Positions 21,299 through 39,947 of a stretch of DNA of 64,000 bases are shown in pieces (within the stretch, counting starts at the first letter, position 1; every line of letters begins with the position of its first letter). Source of the DNA: Zygnema circumcarinatum SAG 698-1b (Eukaryota; Plantae; Zygnematophyceae); assembly GCA_037447605.1 (NCBI GenBank), contig CM074823.1, positions 124,001 through 188,000 on the forward strand, read 5' to 3'. Below the pieces are notes generated by a model, which had not been told where the DNA came from, made no database searches, and was given only the letters and a program-made list of their open reading frames with translations. The position numbers and the translations under genes were made by a program.

Positions 21299-24031
21299 TT
21301 CTCTTTCTCTCTCTCTCTGTCCCTCTCCCATTCGCTCTCTCTCTCGTGAGGCCGAGGGGCCTCTGAACCCTAACTATACGAAAACACAAACTCTAATGAT
21401 ACGTTTAAACCCTAGCTGCAGTACAGCGAGCCCTAGACGTTCAACGTATTGCACTAAACCCTAATCGCTCCCAACTCTAACCTCTGCATTTTAGAACTGT
21501 CATGCTACATTCTAACTGCAGCAGCTTTTTCCTGCAAGAATCAACACGGGTTCTCCCTCTCCCATTCCCTCTGTCTCTCTCGCCTCTCCCTCTCCTTCCC
21601 CTCTCTCTCCTCCCCCCTCTCTCGCGCGCTTCATCGCCCTGTCCCTCTCCCCCCCCTCCTCCCCCTTCCCTCCCCCTCCCCTCCCCCATCCCCAAACCGC
21701 CCTCCCTCTCCCCGCCTTCCCCTCTCCGCTCCTTTCCCCTCCCCCTCCCCCTNNNNNNNNNNCTCTCTCTCTCTCTCTCCCCTCCTCCGTTGCCCAGATC
21801 CTAGTCCTGTTCGTGAGCGAGAAGCAGCTCTGCGACGCGGTCCTGGCGGGGCTGGACCCCCTCCGCGAGCGCACCTTCGCGGACATTGCGGACGGGGGCG
21901 CGGCGCTGCTCTTCAGCTTCGGGCAGGCCATCGCGAGGAGCAAAAAGTCGCCGGAAAAACTCTTCGTGCTGCTCGACATGTACGAAACGCTAAGGGATCT
22001 CCTCCCGCATGTAAGCTCCCTACAAACCCTAAAAACCCTAAAACCCTAAAAACCCTAAAACCCTAAAAACCCTAAAAACTCTAAAAACCCTAAAAACCCT
22101 AAAAACCCTAAACACCCTAAATACCCTACAAACCCTAAAAACTCTAAAAACCCTACAAACCCTAAAAACCCTAAAAACCCTAAAAACCCTAAAAACCCTA
22201 CAAACCCTAAAAACCCTACAAACCTTACAAACTCTAAAAACCTTAAAAACCCTAAAAACCGTTTAAGTTTCCGTCAGACCCCGAAAATATATCTATATGG
22301 CGAGATCTTCTGGGTTGGTATGGAAGATCATCTTCTTGAAATGTTTGGAGGTCATGATTGGAGGATGTGTGCTTTGTGCTGGGGAGGGGAGGGAAGGGGA
22401 GGGGGGTTGAGGGGTTTTTGGGGATGTGGGGTTTTCAGGCTTTTCGGGGATTTAGGGTTTCAGTGACTTCAGGGTTTTCAGGATTTCTAAGGTTTTTTAT
22501 CACTCGTCCTCTCTTTTTTGTCTTTTGTGGCCGTAAGGGAGGGACAAGGGTATAATGCCGATAATTTTTTTTTTTAAACGTAGTTTACCGCCCCAAACCC
22601 TAAATGAGCCTAAGAGCTCTGAATTAAATCTCTAAAACCAACCCTAAATACCCTGAAGACCCTCAATAGGCTTCACTTCTCAACCCGAAAAATTCGAAGC
22701 CGTGTAACCCTTACCCTTATTTCACTAAAAACCCATAAGCCACTCCACTTACTCCCTGAAACTTGAACCAAAATGCTGACAACCCTGCAAACCCTAAAAC
22801 CCGAAAATCTCAAATCCCAAAACCCCAAACCCCCACAACCCTTCCTAACCACCCCCCCCCCCCCCCCCCTCTCCCCTCCTCCTCTCCTTTCTCCCTCCTC
22901 TCCCCCTCTCCCCCCCCCTCCCCCTTCCCCCCCCCCTTGTCCCCTGTCCGGGCAGGTGGACAATGTTTTTTCGGGCAAGGCCTGTGCGCCTACCCGCGAG
23001 GCCGCCCGCGCCCTCCTGCAGCGATTGGCGCAGACCGCGCGCGAAACTTTTGCGGAGTTTGAAGAGGCCGTTGAGAAGGACGGCAGCAAACAGCCCGTGG
23101 AGGACGGGGCAGTGCACCCCCTCACATCCTACGTTATCAACTACGTCAAGTTTCTCTTCGAGTGAGAGAGGGAGAGGGGAGGGAGGGGGAGGGGGAGGGG
23201 AGGAGGGAGGGGGAGGGGGGGAGGGAGGGAGGGAGGGGGAGGGGAGGGAGGGAGGGGGGGAGGGAGGGGGAGGGGGGAGGGAGGGGAGGGGAGGAGGGAG
23301 GGGAGGGAGTGGGGAGGGAGGGAGGAGGAGGGAGGGAGGGGAGGGAGGGGAGGGAGGGGAGGGGAGGAGGGAGGGGAGGAGGGAGGGAGGGAGGGAGGGA
23401 GGGATGGGGAGGGGAGTGAGGAGAGAGATGGGGAGGGGAGGGAGGGGAGGGGAGGGGAGGGAGGCGAGGGAGGCGGGAGGAAGCGGGGAGGGAGGGAGGG
23501 AAAGGGAGGGAAGGGTGGGGAGGGGAGGGGAGGGATGGGGAGGAAAGGGTGGGGAGGGGAGGGAGGGGAGGGATGGGGAGGGAGGCGAGGAAGTGGGGGG
23601 GAGGGAGGGAAAGGGAGGGAAGGGTGGGGAGGGGAGGGGAGGGATGGGGAGGAAAGGGTGGGGAGGGGAGGGAGGGGAGGGATGGGGAGGGAGGCGAGGA
23701 AGTGGGGGGGAGGGAGGGAAATGGAGGGAAGGGTGGGGAGGGAGGGGAGGGATGGGGAGGGGAGAGAGGGGAGAGGCAGTGGGGAGGATGGGGGGAGAGG
23801 TAGCAAGGGGCAGAGAGAGGAGGGTACAGCGTTACAGTCTCTCTTTCCCACTTCCCTGCCAGGGAGAAGGCAGTTCTTTGGAATTTGCTGATGCTCCCTA
23901 ATGAGACAGAGAAAAAGAAGGGGGAAGGGAGAGGGAAGGGGGGGAGTAAAACCCCTCTCCTCTGCCTCCCTTCCTACCCCCAACAAAATACCTCTTTGCA
24001 TTTTGTTCCTGCGCAGAGAGAGAGAGAGAAA

Positions 24032-24124
<93 letters not shown>

Positions 24125-24976
24125 CAGGACGGCACACCAACGCCTTACCCCACCCCCGTCCTACCCAAAAAGAGAAATACAGAAAATGATCCCTTTAAAG
24201 CCCTACCTTTGTCCGTGTTTTCCAGGTACCACACAACCCTGCAGGAGCTGATGGGCGAGTCGGATAAAATTTCGGAGAAGGGCAGCGCGGACGGGCAGCC
24301 GCGATTGGCTGTGGCGACTGCCCGGATCATGCAGGTCCTGCAGAGCAACCTCGAGGGCAAGGCGAAGCTCTACAAGGACCCCGCGCTCAGCCAAGTCTTC
24401 CTCATGAACAACGTGCACTACATGGTGCGCTCCATCAAGAAGTAAGTAAGAAGGGAGGGAGGGAGGGAGGGAGGGAGGCCTCCTAGGGTCAACTTTGGGG
24501 TTCAACTTTGTGGATCAATGTTGTGGATCTAAGTTTGTTGATCGAGTTTGTGGATCAAGTTTGTGGATCAAGTTTGTGGTTCCAGTTTGTGGATCAAGTT
24601 TGTGGTTCCAGTTTGTGGATCAAGTTTGTGGTTCCAGTTTGTGGATCAAGTTTGTGGATCAAGAAAAATTTTGGATCAAAATTCTCAATGTAGTCGTTTG
24701 ATTGTTTTTTGGTTTTGGTAACGCGTGCTGTGTCGTTTCCTCTCTCCCTCACTCTCCCCTCCACCCTTCTCTTCTCCCCTCTCACCCCCCTTCCACTCTC
24801 TCTCTCTCCCCGCACTCCCTCTCTCTCCCCCCCTTCCCTCTCTCCCTCACGCCTCTCTCTTCCCCTCTTATCCCCCTCCCACTCCCCCCACTATCTCTCA
24901 CTCTCTCCCCCGCCCCCCCCCCTCTCTCTCTCTCACACACACACTCTCCCCCGCCCCCCCTCTTTCTCAAAACCGG

Positions 24977-25025
<49 letters not shown>

Positions 25026-25044
25026 TCTCTCTCTNNNNNNNNNN

Positions 25045-25141
<97 letters not shown>

Positions 25142-25541
25142 CCTCCCTCCCCTCTCTCTCTCTCTCTCTCGGAGTGCAGGTCGGAGGCAAAGGACATGCT
25201 GGGCGACGAGTGGATTCAGAGGCACCGCCGCATAGTGCAGCAGCACGCCTCGACCTATCAGAGGACGTCTTGGAGCAAGGTATGCCCGAAACTGCCAAAT
25301 TTTACATGGAAACTCCAACCAGTATTCAACAGCTGCGAGCTTTCTGAGCCATGCAGTCTTCTTTTGCACTTGTTTATCGTTCAGATCTGCATGCATCTGC
25401 TTCACCATATTTTTTTTTTTTTCTGGGCAGGTGACGCAAGCTTTGAACACGCAAGGTTTGAGTGGGGAAGGTTCCGCTACTCGCACTGCTGTCAAAGAAA
25501 GGTACTCTTTTCGCTCCTTTGGGAGCGGGAGAGAGTGGAGT

Positions 25542-25604
<63 letters not shown>

Positions 25605-26653
25605 TGAGGGGAGGAAGGGACGATTCTTCTTTAATCTCTATTTTTTCAACTCTACTACTTGTCATGGTATATAGAACATAGAAACACATCTTTAGGGCTT
25701 TCAGTTTTGCCATATAGACTCAAACCGACGTCATTCAGACCACCTTTCTGCTTGTATCCATTTCTTTGTTTCCGTTCGATCAAAAACGAACAAAAGGATA
25801 CCATCTCTTGTTTACCCCCCTTTTTCTTCCCGTACTCTGTATCTGGTCCTTGTGGGTGTCCAGGTTCAAGCAGTTCAACGCCTCCATTGAGGAGGTCCAC
25901 GCCCGGCAGTGCATGTGGACCATTCCCGACGCGGAGCTCCGATCCGCAGTTCAACTTCAAGTGGCGGAGGTGCTCGTGCCGGCGTACCGCTCCTTTGTGA
26001 CCCGATTCAGGTACGGACGGACGGATACGCGTCCAGGTTCAATGAACCTGGAAAGGCGTCCAGTTGCAATGGATTTGCTGACAATGGTTTTTTTTTAGAT
26101 TCAATGAATCTGGAACTGTGTCTGGATGCCATGTATTTATAATGCTTGTCCATTAGTAGTGAGGGCTGGAAGACTTCGATCTTCCACGCAGTATTAAGGT
26201 CCACATGGTGGAACCCTAAACCCTAAACCCTGCAAGCCTAAACCTGAATTCGTAATCACCCAAAATCTTGAATCCTAGAACCTTAGACTTTCAAACGTAA
26301 ACCCTAAAATCCTAAACCTAAGTCTGAACTTTACAGCCGTAATCCTAAATTCCAAACCCTGAGTCCCTGGAACCCGAAACCGTAAGACCCTAAATCCTAA
26401 TCTTCAAACTCGAAAATTCCCTGAACCCTATTCCCTTACAGGTTTTGAATCTAAACCCTAACCCCCAAACCCTAAGCCAACCCTAAACCCTGAACCCTAA
26501 GCCCCAAGCCCTCCCCCCCTGCCCTGCAGCGGCTTGTTGGAGCAGTCCAATGCGTTCGGGAAGCAGCCCAACCCTCAAAAGTATTTGAAGTATCAACCGG
26601 ACGATTTGGAGGCTATGCTTGGAGAGCTCTTTGAAGGGAAGGTTCGGACGTAA
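17114..26653 (+). CDS. EXO70A: Exocyst subunit EXO70, EXO70A clade, 12 exons
   Basis: Exons: 17114-17275, 17891-17986 (exons 1-2 repeated at 18274-18435 and 19050-19145), 19955-20160, 20467-20688, 21061-21199, 21798-22010, 22956-23161, 24226-24441, 25180-25279, 25431-25501, 25864-26010, 26530-26653. Phases chain. Motifs: [91 protein letters not shown]. Confidence 0.96.
22021..22260. repeat. Telomere-like CCCTAAAA/CCCTAAAAA array in EXO70A intron 6
   Basis: Run of ACCCTAAAA(A) units with CCCTACAAA and CTCTAAAAA variants, starting just after the donor. Confidence 0.9.
24505..24663. repeat. 13-bp minisatellite in EXO70A intron 8
   Basis: TTTGTGGATCAAG alternates with TTTGTGGTTCCAG, about 12 units. 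Confidence 0.9.
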
Positions 26654-27459
26654 CGGAATTGGTGCTACATAGAGTGGGAGTGAGAGAGAGAGAGACAGAG
26701 AGAGAGGGCGAGAGAGAGAAAACTAGGGAGAGAGAGGGAGAGAGTGAGAGAGAGAGGCGGGAGAGAGAAAGATAGAGAGAAACATAGAGAGATAGATAGA
26801 TAGAGAGAGAGCGAGGGAGAAAGAGAGCGAGAGAGAGGGAGAGAAATGAATGAAGATGGGATGGGAATGTGAGATTTTCCGTAACAGAGATGTAAATAAG
26901 GATTTTATTGCGAAGACACATTAGTCTTTCGTCACTTTTCTAGTTACCCTTAGTTTCTACCATGTTCGTTAGGATATAATTTTATAAACCATTCGAATTG
27001 TTTGATGAAGTTCGCTGCACTGCAGGATGGCGCAAGTGTGCAGGTCCTCCTTTCCTTTTTAACAAAGGTTCTCATAGGTACAGGCTTTTGGAGTCTTTTG
27101 AACCGTTATTCCCTATTTTTGTTTTTGATCACTCATTGTTTTGTTGAATGAGTGATGGCCTCTTGAGGGCGACAACAGCCCTGTCACGTCACAGATTTAA
27201 ACTGCGGGGCCATGGAAACACAGTTGACGGATGGCTGCGATCAGACAGGCCATCATCGGCTTACATGGAAGCGTGACTTAGAACGGCAATTAGCTTAAAC
27301 CTGAACTAAACCTTTGCATATGTCCTACGAAACTCAAAACACATAGCACACCTCAAGAACTATGTTGCTATAAGTACGTCAACCCCCCTTCCCCCCCTCC
27401 CCACACCTCTTTCTCTCTCCCCCTCCCTCCCTCTCTCCCTCTCATTTTCTCCATCAGTC

Positions 27460-35126
<7,667 letters not shown>

Positions 35127-35459
35127 TTTTTCTGGAGCTAAAAAGTAAAAACCTTAAAAAACCGAGAAAACCTAAACACTTTCGAAACCTAAAGAAAGCA
35201 CAAATCGAAAAATCCTAAACACTTGAGCCCTAAAAAATGAGCCCTCAAACCCTAATCGCCGTACACTGACATTTTTAATTGTCTCACAAACCCTAACTGC
35301 CGAATAGCGTACACGTTCAATTTCATCGGTCGTACGGTTGTTCTAAAGGTGTTCTGAAACTCTGAAAAATTTCAGTACAGTCGGGGGCCCTCGTATTTAC
35401 CGCCCTGAGGAGTGCGTCCCCAAGAATTTCGCCCCGATTTTGCCGAAACCACTTTTTTT

Positions 35460-35985
35460 GTACGGTAACTGTGTGTTAGCCGTACTGTCCGTACTGTCCG
35501 TATTGTTCGTACTAGCCGTACTAGCCGTACTAGCTGTACTAGCCGTTACGGGCTTACGCAAAACTCACCTAATCTCCCCGCAAGTGCCGCCGTAAGAGGC
35601 GCTCGCTCTTCTCCCCTTCTTCTTGGCTTCAATACGATACGATACGATACGGTAGTATGCGGTACGATACGAAACGCCGAGATACGGTACTATCCGTACT
35701 AGCCGTACGAGTTGTCGGATCCGATACAGTACGATACGGTACGATATGGTACGGTACGATATGTACGGTCCAACATGAACTTTAACATAATACCGCCCGT
35801 CTATTGGTAACAAGAACCTTATATATGCAAAATCAATATTTTCGCCTCATATTGGCCAAAACCAGGGTGGAAAATATGAGGGCCCCTGACTGTATTAGAA
35901 CGTTCTGATACTGAAATCTGAAATTCTGAAGTCGCTTGTACGGACTTGAGAGGTACAGTACGATACCGTACCGTACCTTTCAGCT
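35460..35985. repeat. TACGA/TACGG-rich pentamer and 9-mer repeat cluster (possibly the subterminal region of a DNA transposon)
   Basis: CCGTACTAG runs, then (TACGA)n and TACGGTACGA. Similar tracts occur at ~4690-4810 and ~38830-39000. Confidence 0.55.
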
Positions 35986-36710
35986 TCGTCGCTGTACACC
36001 TGGTGACCTTGCAGACGATGACCTAATTCTTTGGTTTCTGGTTTGAAAAATGGCTCGTGGTTTCTGGTTTCTGGTTTCTGGTTTGTGGCTTTTTTCCACA
36101 AACTCACGGCAAAGGGTGAAAAACCACTGTTCGGAACGTTTCATATTTTTGTGTTTACGTGCAAAGAACGAGAATTACTATTTTCACTCCATTTTGTCTA
36201 GATACACACCTTTATTCAATAAAAATCACTCCCAATACCATACAAACAAAAATCTAAAATAAAATCTCACCGAAAAAGGTGTGTATCTAGACAGAAAAAG
36301 GTGTGAAAATTTCATTTTCCGCAAAGAACTCGGAAGAAAACGTGTGTTGTCCTGTGAAGGGGGTGTGCGCCAATTCAAGTTGAATGATGCGCTCAGGGAG
36401 GCCTGGCCAATGCCAGGGTGCCACGTAAGCACCTTGGCCTCGTGGCGAGCTGTGATTGGGTGATGTGTTCAAGAGCACAGCACATCCGCCCTTGTGTTGG
36501 GCCAGAAGGGGGGAAACAGCAAAAGCACGTAAAAACCCTCAAGAAAAATATGAGTACTGAGAAAATTTCAAATGCAGGAAATGGGAAGTCCAGCTTTAAA
36601 AAGAGCGGAGCTACAAAAATTTTGTTCGCTGAACCCTGGAAATAATCTGCATTGGTTTTGGGAGAAAATCTCGAAATGCTGATTTCTACAGCGACTGGTC
36701 TCGAGCGTAT

Positions 36711-36845
36711 TTGACCAAACTGTCGAGTGAACTTGACCGATCTCGCCCAGTCATGACCAATCTCGAATGACATTGACCGACAAGCCTTGACCGATCTTGA
36801 CCGATTTTGACCGGTCTTGACCGAGCTTGACTGAGCTTGACCACT
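36711..36845. repeat. TTGACC-containing 10-mer tandem repeat just 3' of the 99-aa gene
   Basis: TTGACCAAAC, TTGACCGATC, TTGACCGACA, TTGACCGATT, TTGACCGGTC, TTGACCGAGC, TTGACTGAGC, TTGACCACTC. Confidence 0.8.
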
Positions 36846-36854
36846 CGCTTGTTT

Positions 36855-38648
36855 CTATGGGAAGTAGTCCTGCCACGACTCGTAGTAATTGGTCCTCTCC
36901 GCATTTGTCAGCATCTTGTTCCACTGCACGAGCAGCCATGACAGTGGGAGGGTGAGAGAGAGAGAAAGAGGGTGAGACAGAGAGAGGGTGAGAGAGAGAG
37001 AGGGTGAGAGAGGGAGAGGGTGCGAGAGAGAGGGTGAGAGCGAGAGTGAGGGAGAGAGAGAGAGGGGGGACTAGAGGAGAGACGGGGGAAGGACGACGGC
37101 GAGAGTGGGGGAAGAGAGAGGGTAGAGAGGAGGCTGGGGAAGAGAGAGCAAGCGAGAGGGAGAGGGCACGGAGAGGAAGGTAGGGGGGGAGAGAGCGAGG
37201 GAGGGATGAAAGGGACAGCGAGGAGGAGAGTGAGTGGGCGGAAGAGAAAGCGAGAGAGCCGGAAAGGGTAGAGGGAGAGAGAGTGGGGGCAGGGATAGGA
37301 AGACAGCGAGAGAGCAAGGAGAGGTTGGGGGGAACGAGGGACAGGGAACGAGAGAGAGAGAGTGGAGGGGGGAGAGAGAGAGAGAGAGAGGGAGAGAGAG
37401 AGAGAGGGAGCCTACCCTGGGCTTGTAGGGCTTCTTCTTCCGAATCGCCGTCTTCAAGATGTTGTTTTCACACACCATGGCCCAGTCGTGCCAGCTGTCA
37501 AATAAATAAAAGAACGTTCCCAAAGAAAGTGATCAATATAATATAAAACAAAAAAAAGAAGAAACAAGAAAATCTAATTCATTCATTCTTAAAGTACTTA
37601 GTTAAGAAGGACAAAAGGGAAAGGAACTCATCTGAATAGTCAACACAAAAAAAAAAGAGAACAACAATTGCAATTCCATGATGCATATTGAGCTTCTAAA
37701 ACTTCTGAATTGTCCGAAGGGAAGAAAAAAAACATTGCAAACAAACCTTAACCGTTATCCCCAAAGTGGGTCTAATCCCTAAAGCAAAATTTTAAGTTTC
37801 AGAGCCGAAATTTCAGCGTCTTTGAGGCAGTCGTTGGTTCAGGATTAATTTACGATATTAGGTTTAGGTGTAGGGTTTACGGTTCAGGGCTCAGGGTTCA
37901 GAGTTGACCTTGAGACATAAAGACAGGGTTTGAAGTCACAGGCAGAAGTTCAAGGTCTCGGGTTCGATCCTCAGGCTCAGTGTGAAAAGGTTGAGGGTTT
38001 GAATTTCCAAATTTCAGGGTTCAGAATTCCAAACTTTTAGGGTTCAGGGTTCAAGTGAAAGGTTACGAGTTTCAATTCTTGAATCTCAGGGTTCAGAAAT
38101 CCCAAGTTTTAGGGTTCAGGGTTCAGGTGAAAGGTTACGAGTTTCAATTCTTGAATCTCAGGGTTCAGAAATCCCAAGTTCTAGGGTTCAGGGTTCAGGT
38201 GAAAGGTTACGAGTTTCAATTCTTGAATCTCAGGGTTCAGAAATCCCAAGTTCTAGGGTTCAGGGTTCAGGTGAAACGTTACGAGTTTCAATTCTTGAAT
38301 CTCAGGGTTCAGAAACCCCAAGTTCTAAGGTTCAGGGTTCAGGTGAAAGCTTACGAGTGTCAATTCTTGAATCTCAGGGTTCAGACATCCCAAGTTCTAG
38401 GGTTAAGGGTTCAGGTGAAAGGTTACGAGTTTCAATTCTTGAATCTCAGGGTTCAGAAATCCCAAGTTCTAGGGTTCAGGGTTCAGGGTTGCGCACTTGA
38501 CGGCGGAGGCGTTGTTCCAGAAGTAGGGGTCCGCGAAGGAGTAGAGGCTGAACCCCACCGAGCCCCAAAAGATGCCCTCGAACACGCCCTTGTCCGTGTG
38601 CGGCACGCCCGGGTCGCCCGTGTACGCGGGCCCGAACATCTTCTCCAT
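36855..38648 (-). CDS. Small 99-aa protein with one hydrophobic segment, 3 exons; resembles a conserved uncharacterised plant family (from recollection)
   Basis: Exons 38648-38497, 37494-37416 and 36923-36855, GT-AG with consistent phases. Protein: MEKMFGPAYTGDPGVPHTDKGVFEGIFWGSVGFSLYSFADPYFWNNASAVNWHDWAMVCENNILKTAIRKKKPYKPRWNKMLTNAERTNYYESWQDYFP. Confidence 0.85.
38055..38486. repeat. 72-bp minisatellite x6 in intron 1 of the 99-aa gene
   Basis: Unit GTGAAAGGTTACGAGTTTCAATTCTTGAATCTCAGGGTTCAGAAATCCCAAGTT(T/C)TAGGGTTCAGGGTTCAG, with telomere-like TTCAGGG embedded. Confidence 0.95.
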
Positions 38649-38659
38649 GGCGCCCTCTC

Positions 38660-38714
<55 letters not shown>

Positions 38715-39947
38715 CTCTCTCCTCTCTCCTCTCTCTCCTCTCCCTCCTCTCTCTCCCTCACTTCCACTCTGTCGCTGTCTATCTTTCCCCTTTTTCACTC
38801 TCTATCCCTCGCCCCCCGATGTCCGGCTCTGTTGTGGTGTGGGCATACCGTCGTACGGCAATGGATAAGGCTCTCGTTCACGCACGGGAAGGACGATACG
38901 ATACGATATATCTCTTTACGATAGTAACTCTAGTAGATAAGATACAGGATATCGTTATCGGTAAAAAAAATATGTTCGATACGATACGATACGACTGGGT
39001 TCGCGCCTCAGGCAGCATCCGTACAGTGTCCCGGCAGCTGAAATTGTCGTTTAGCGTCCTTGCAAACCGGCTAGAACCGGCCGGCAAGTCTCTGCCGCTG
39101 CCGGCAAAATTTTGGCCGTCAACATGTCAGGGCCCCGCCTTGTGGACCATGGCTCTAGACATTGGCTTTAGGGTTCAGGGCTTCTAGAGTTTTAGGATTT
39201 AGGGCTTTCAGGGTTTTTAGGGTTTTTAGGATCTTCATGGTCAAAGGCACATCCAATTTTCTCACGATATGGCTTTGTCTCCCATATCATAACCACCGCA
39301 CTACATACATTTCGATAATGAAAGACAAGGGACTAGAAAACATGGGCGTGATTCTCATGTTTAACATGAAAAATGTCAAACACAATGTGAAAATGCATGA
39401 ACAACATGGTAAGCGCATGGAAGTCTTTTTAGGGTTTGTAGGGTTTTTAGGGTTTTTGCTCTCAAAGTTTTGTGGATCGCTGGACTGCCTCCTTCAAGCA
39501 GAGGGAACACAACTTTTTTGAAGGCAAAAATTTTGTTCTTCACAAATGGGCTATCGACACGTGGCACCCCACTGCACACTTTCACTAAGAACACAACAAT
39601 GGGACCCATCCTGCATTCGCTAAGGACAAAATTGTACGGCCCTAAAACCCTAAAACCCTAACCACAGTAAACGCAAGATCACTTTCTTATTTCATTATTA
39701 AGCTTTGGACCTCCCTTCTGCTCCGTCTCTCAAACCCTAAACCCTAAACCCTAAACCCTAACATTTAACATGCTATATGGGCCAAATGTCCAGAACAACT
39801 AATTAGGTGCAAAAATAAACAATGTCGATCCTATTTCTATACAATTCACATTTATTTCACAAACCCAATTTCTGACACCCTTTACCCCCCCAAACCCAAA
39901 TTCAGGGAAATTTCCTGAATTTTACGAATTGCCGAAATTTGTGAATT

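Noticed and set aside
35960-36030. Possible extra upstream coding exon of Tudor-RCC1 (VIVCKVTRCTATKLK, donor GTACGG)
   Set aside because: The splice sites are plausible, but there is no recognisable motif or upstream start. It may be 5' UTR and was left out of the model.
38055-38924. 289-aa ORF with six 24-aa repeats
   Set aside because: It results from a 72-bp intronic minisatellite and is antisense to exon 1 of the 99-aa gene.
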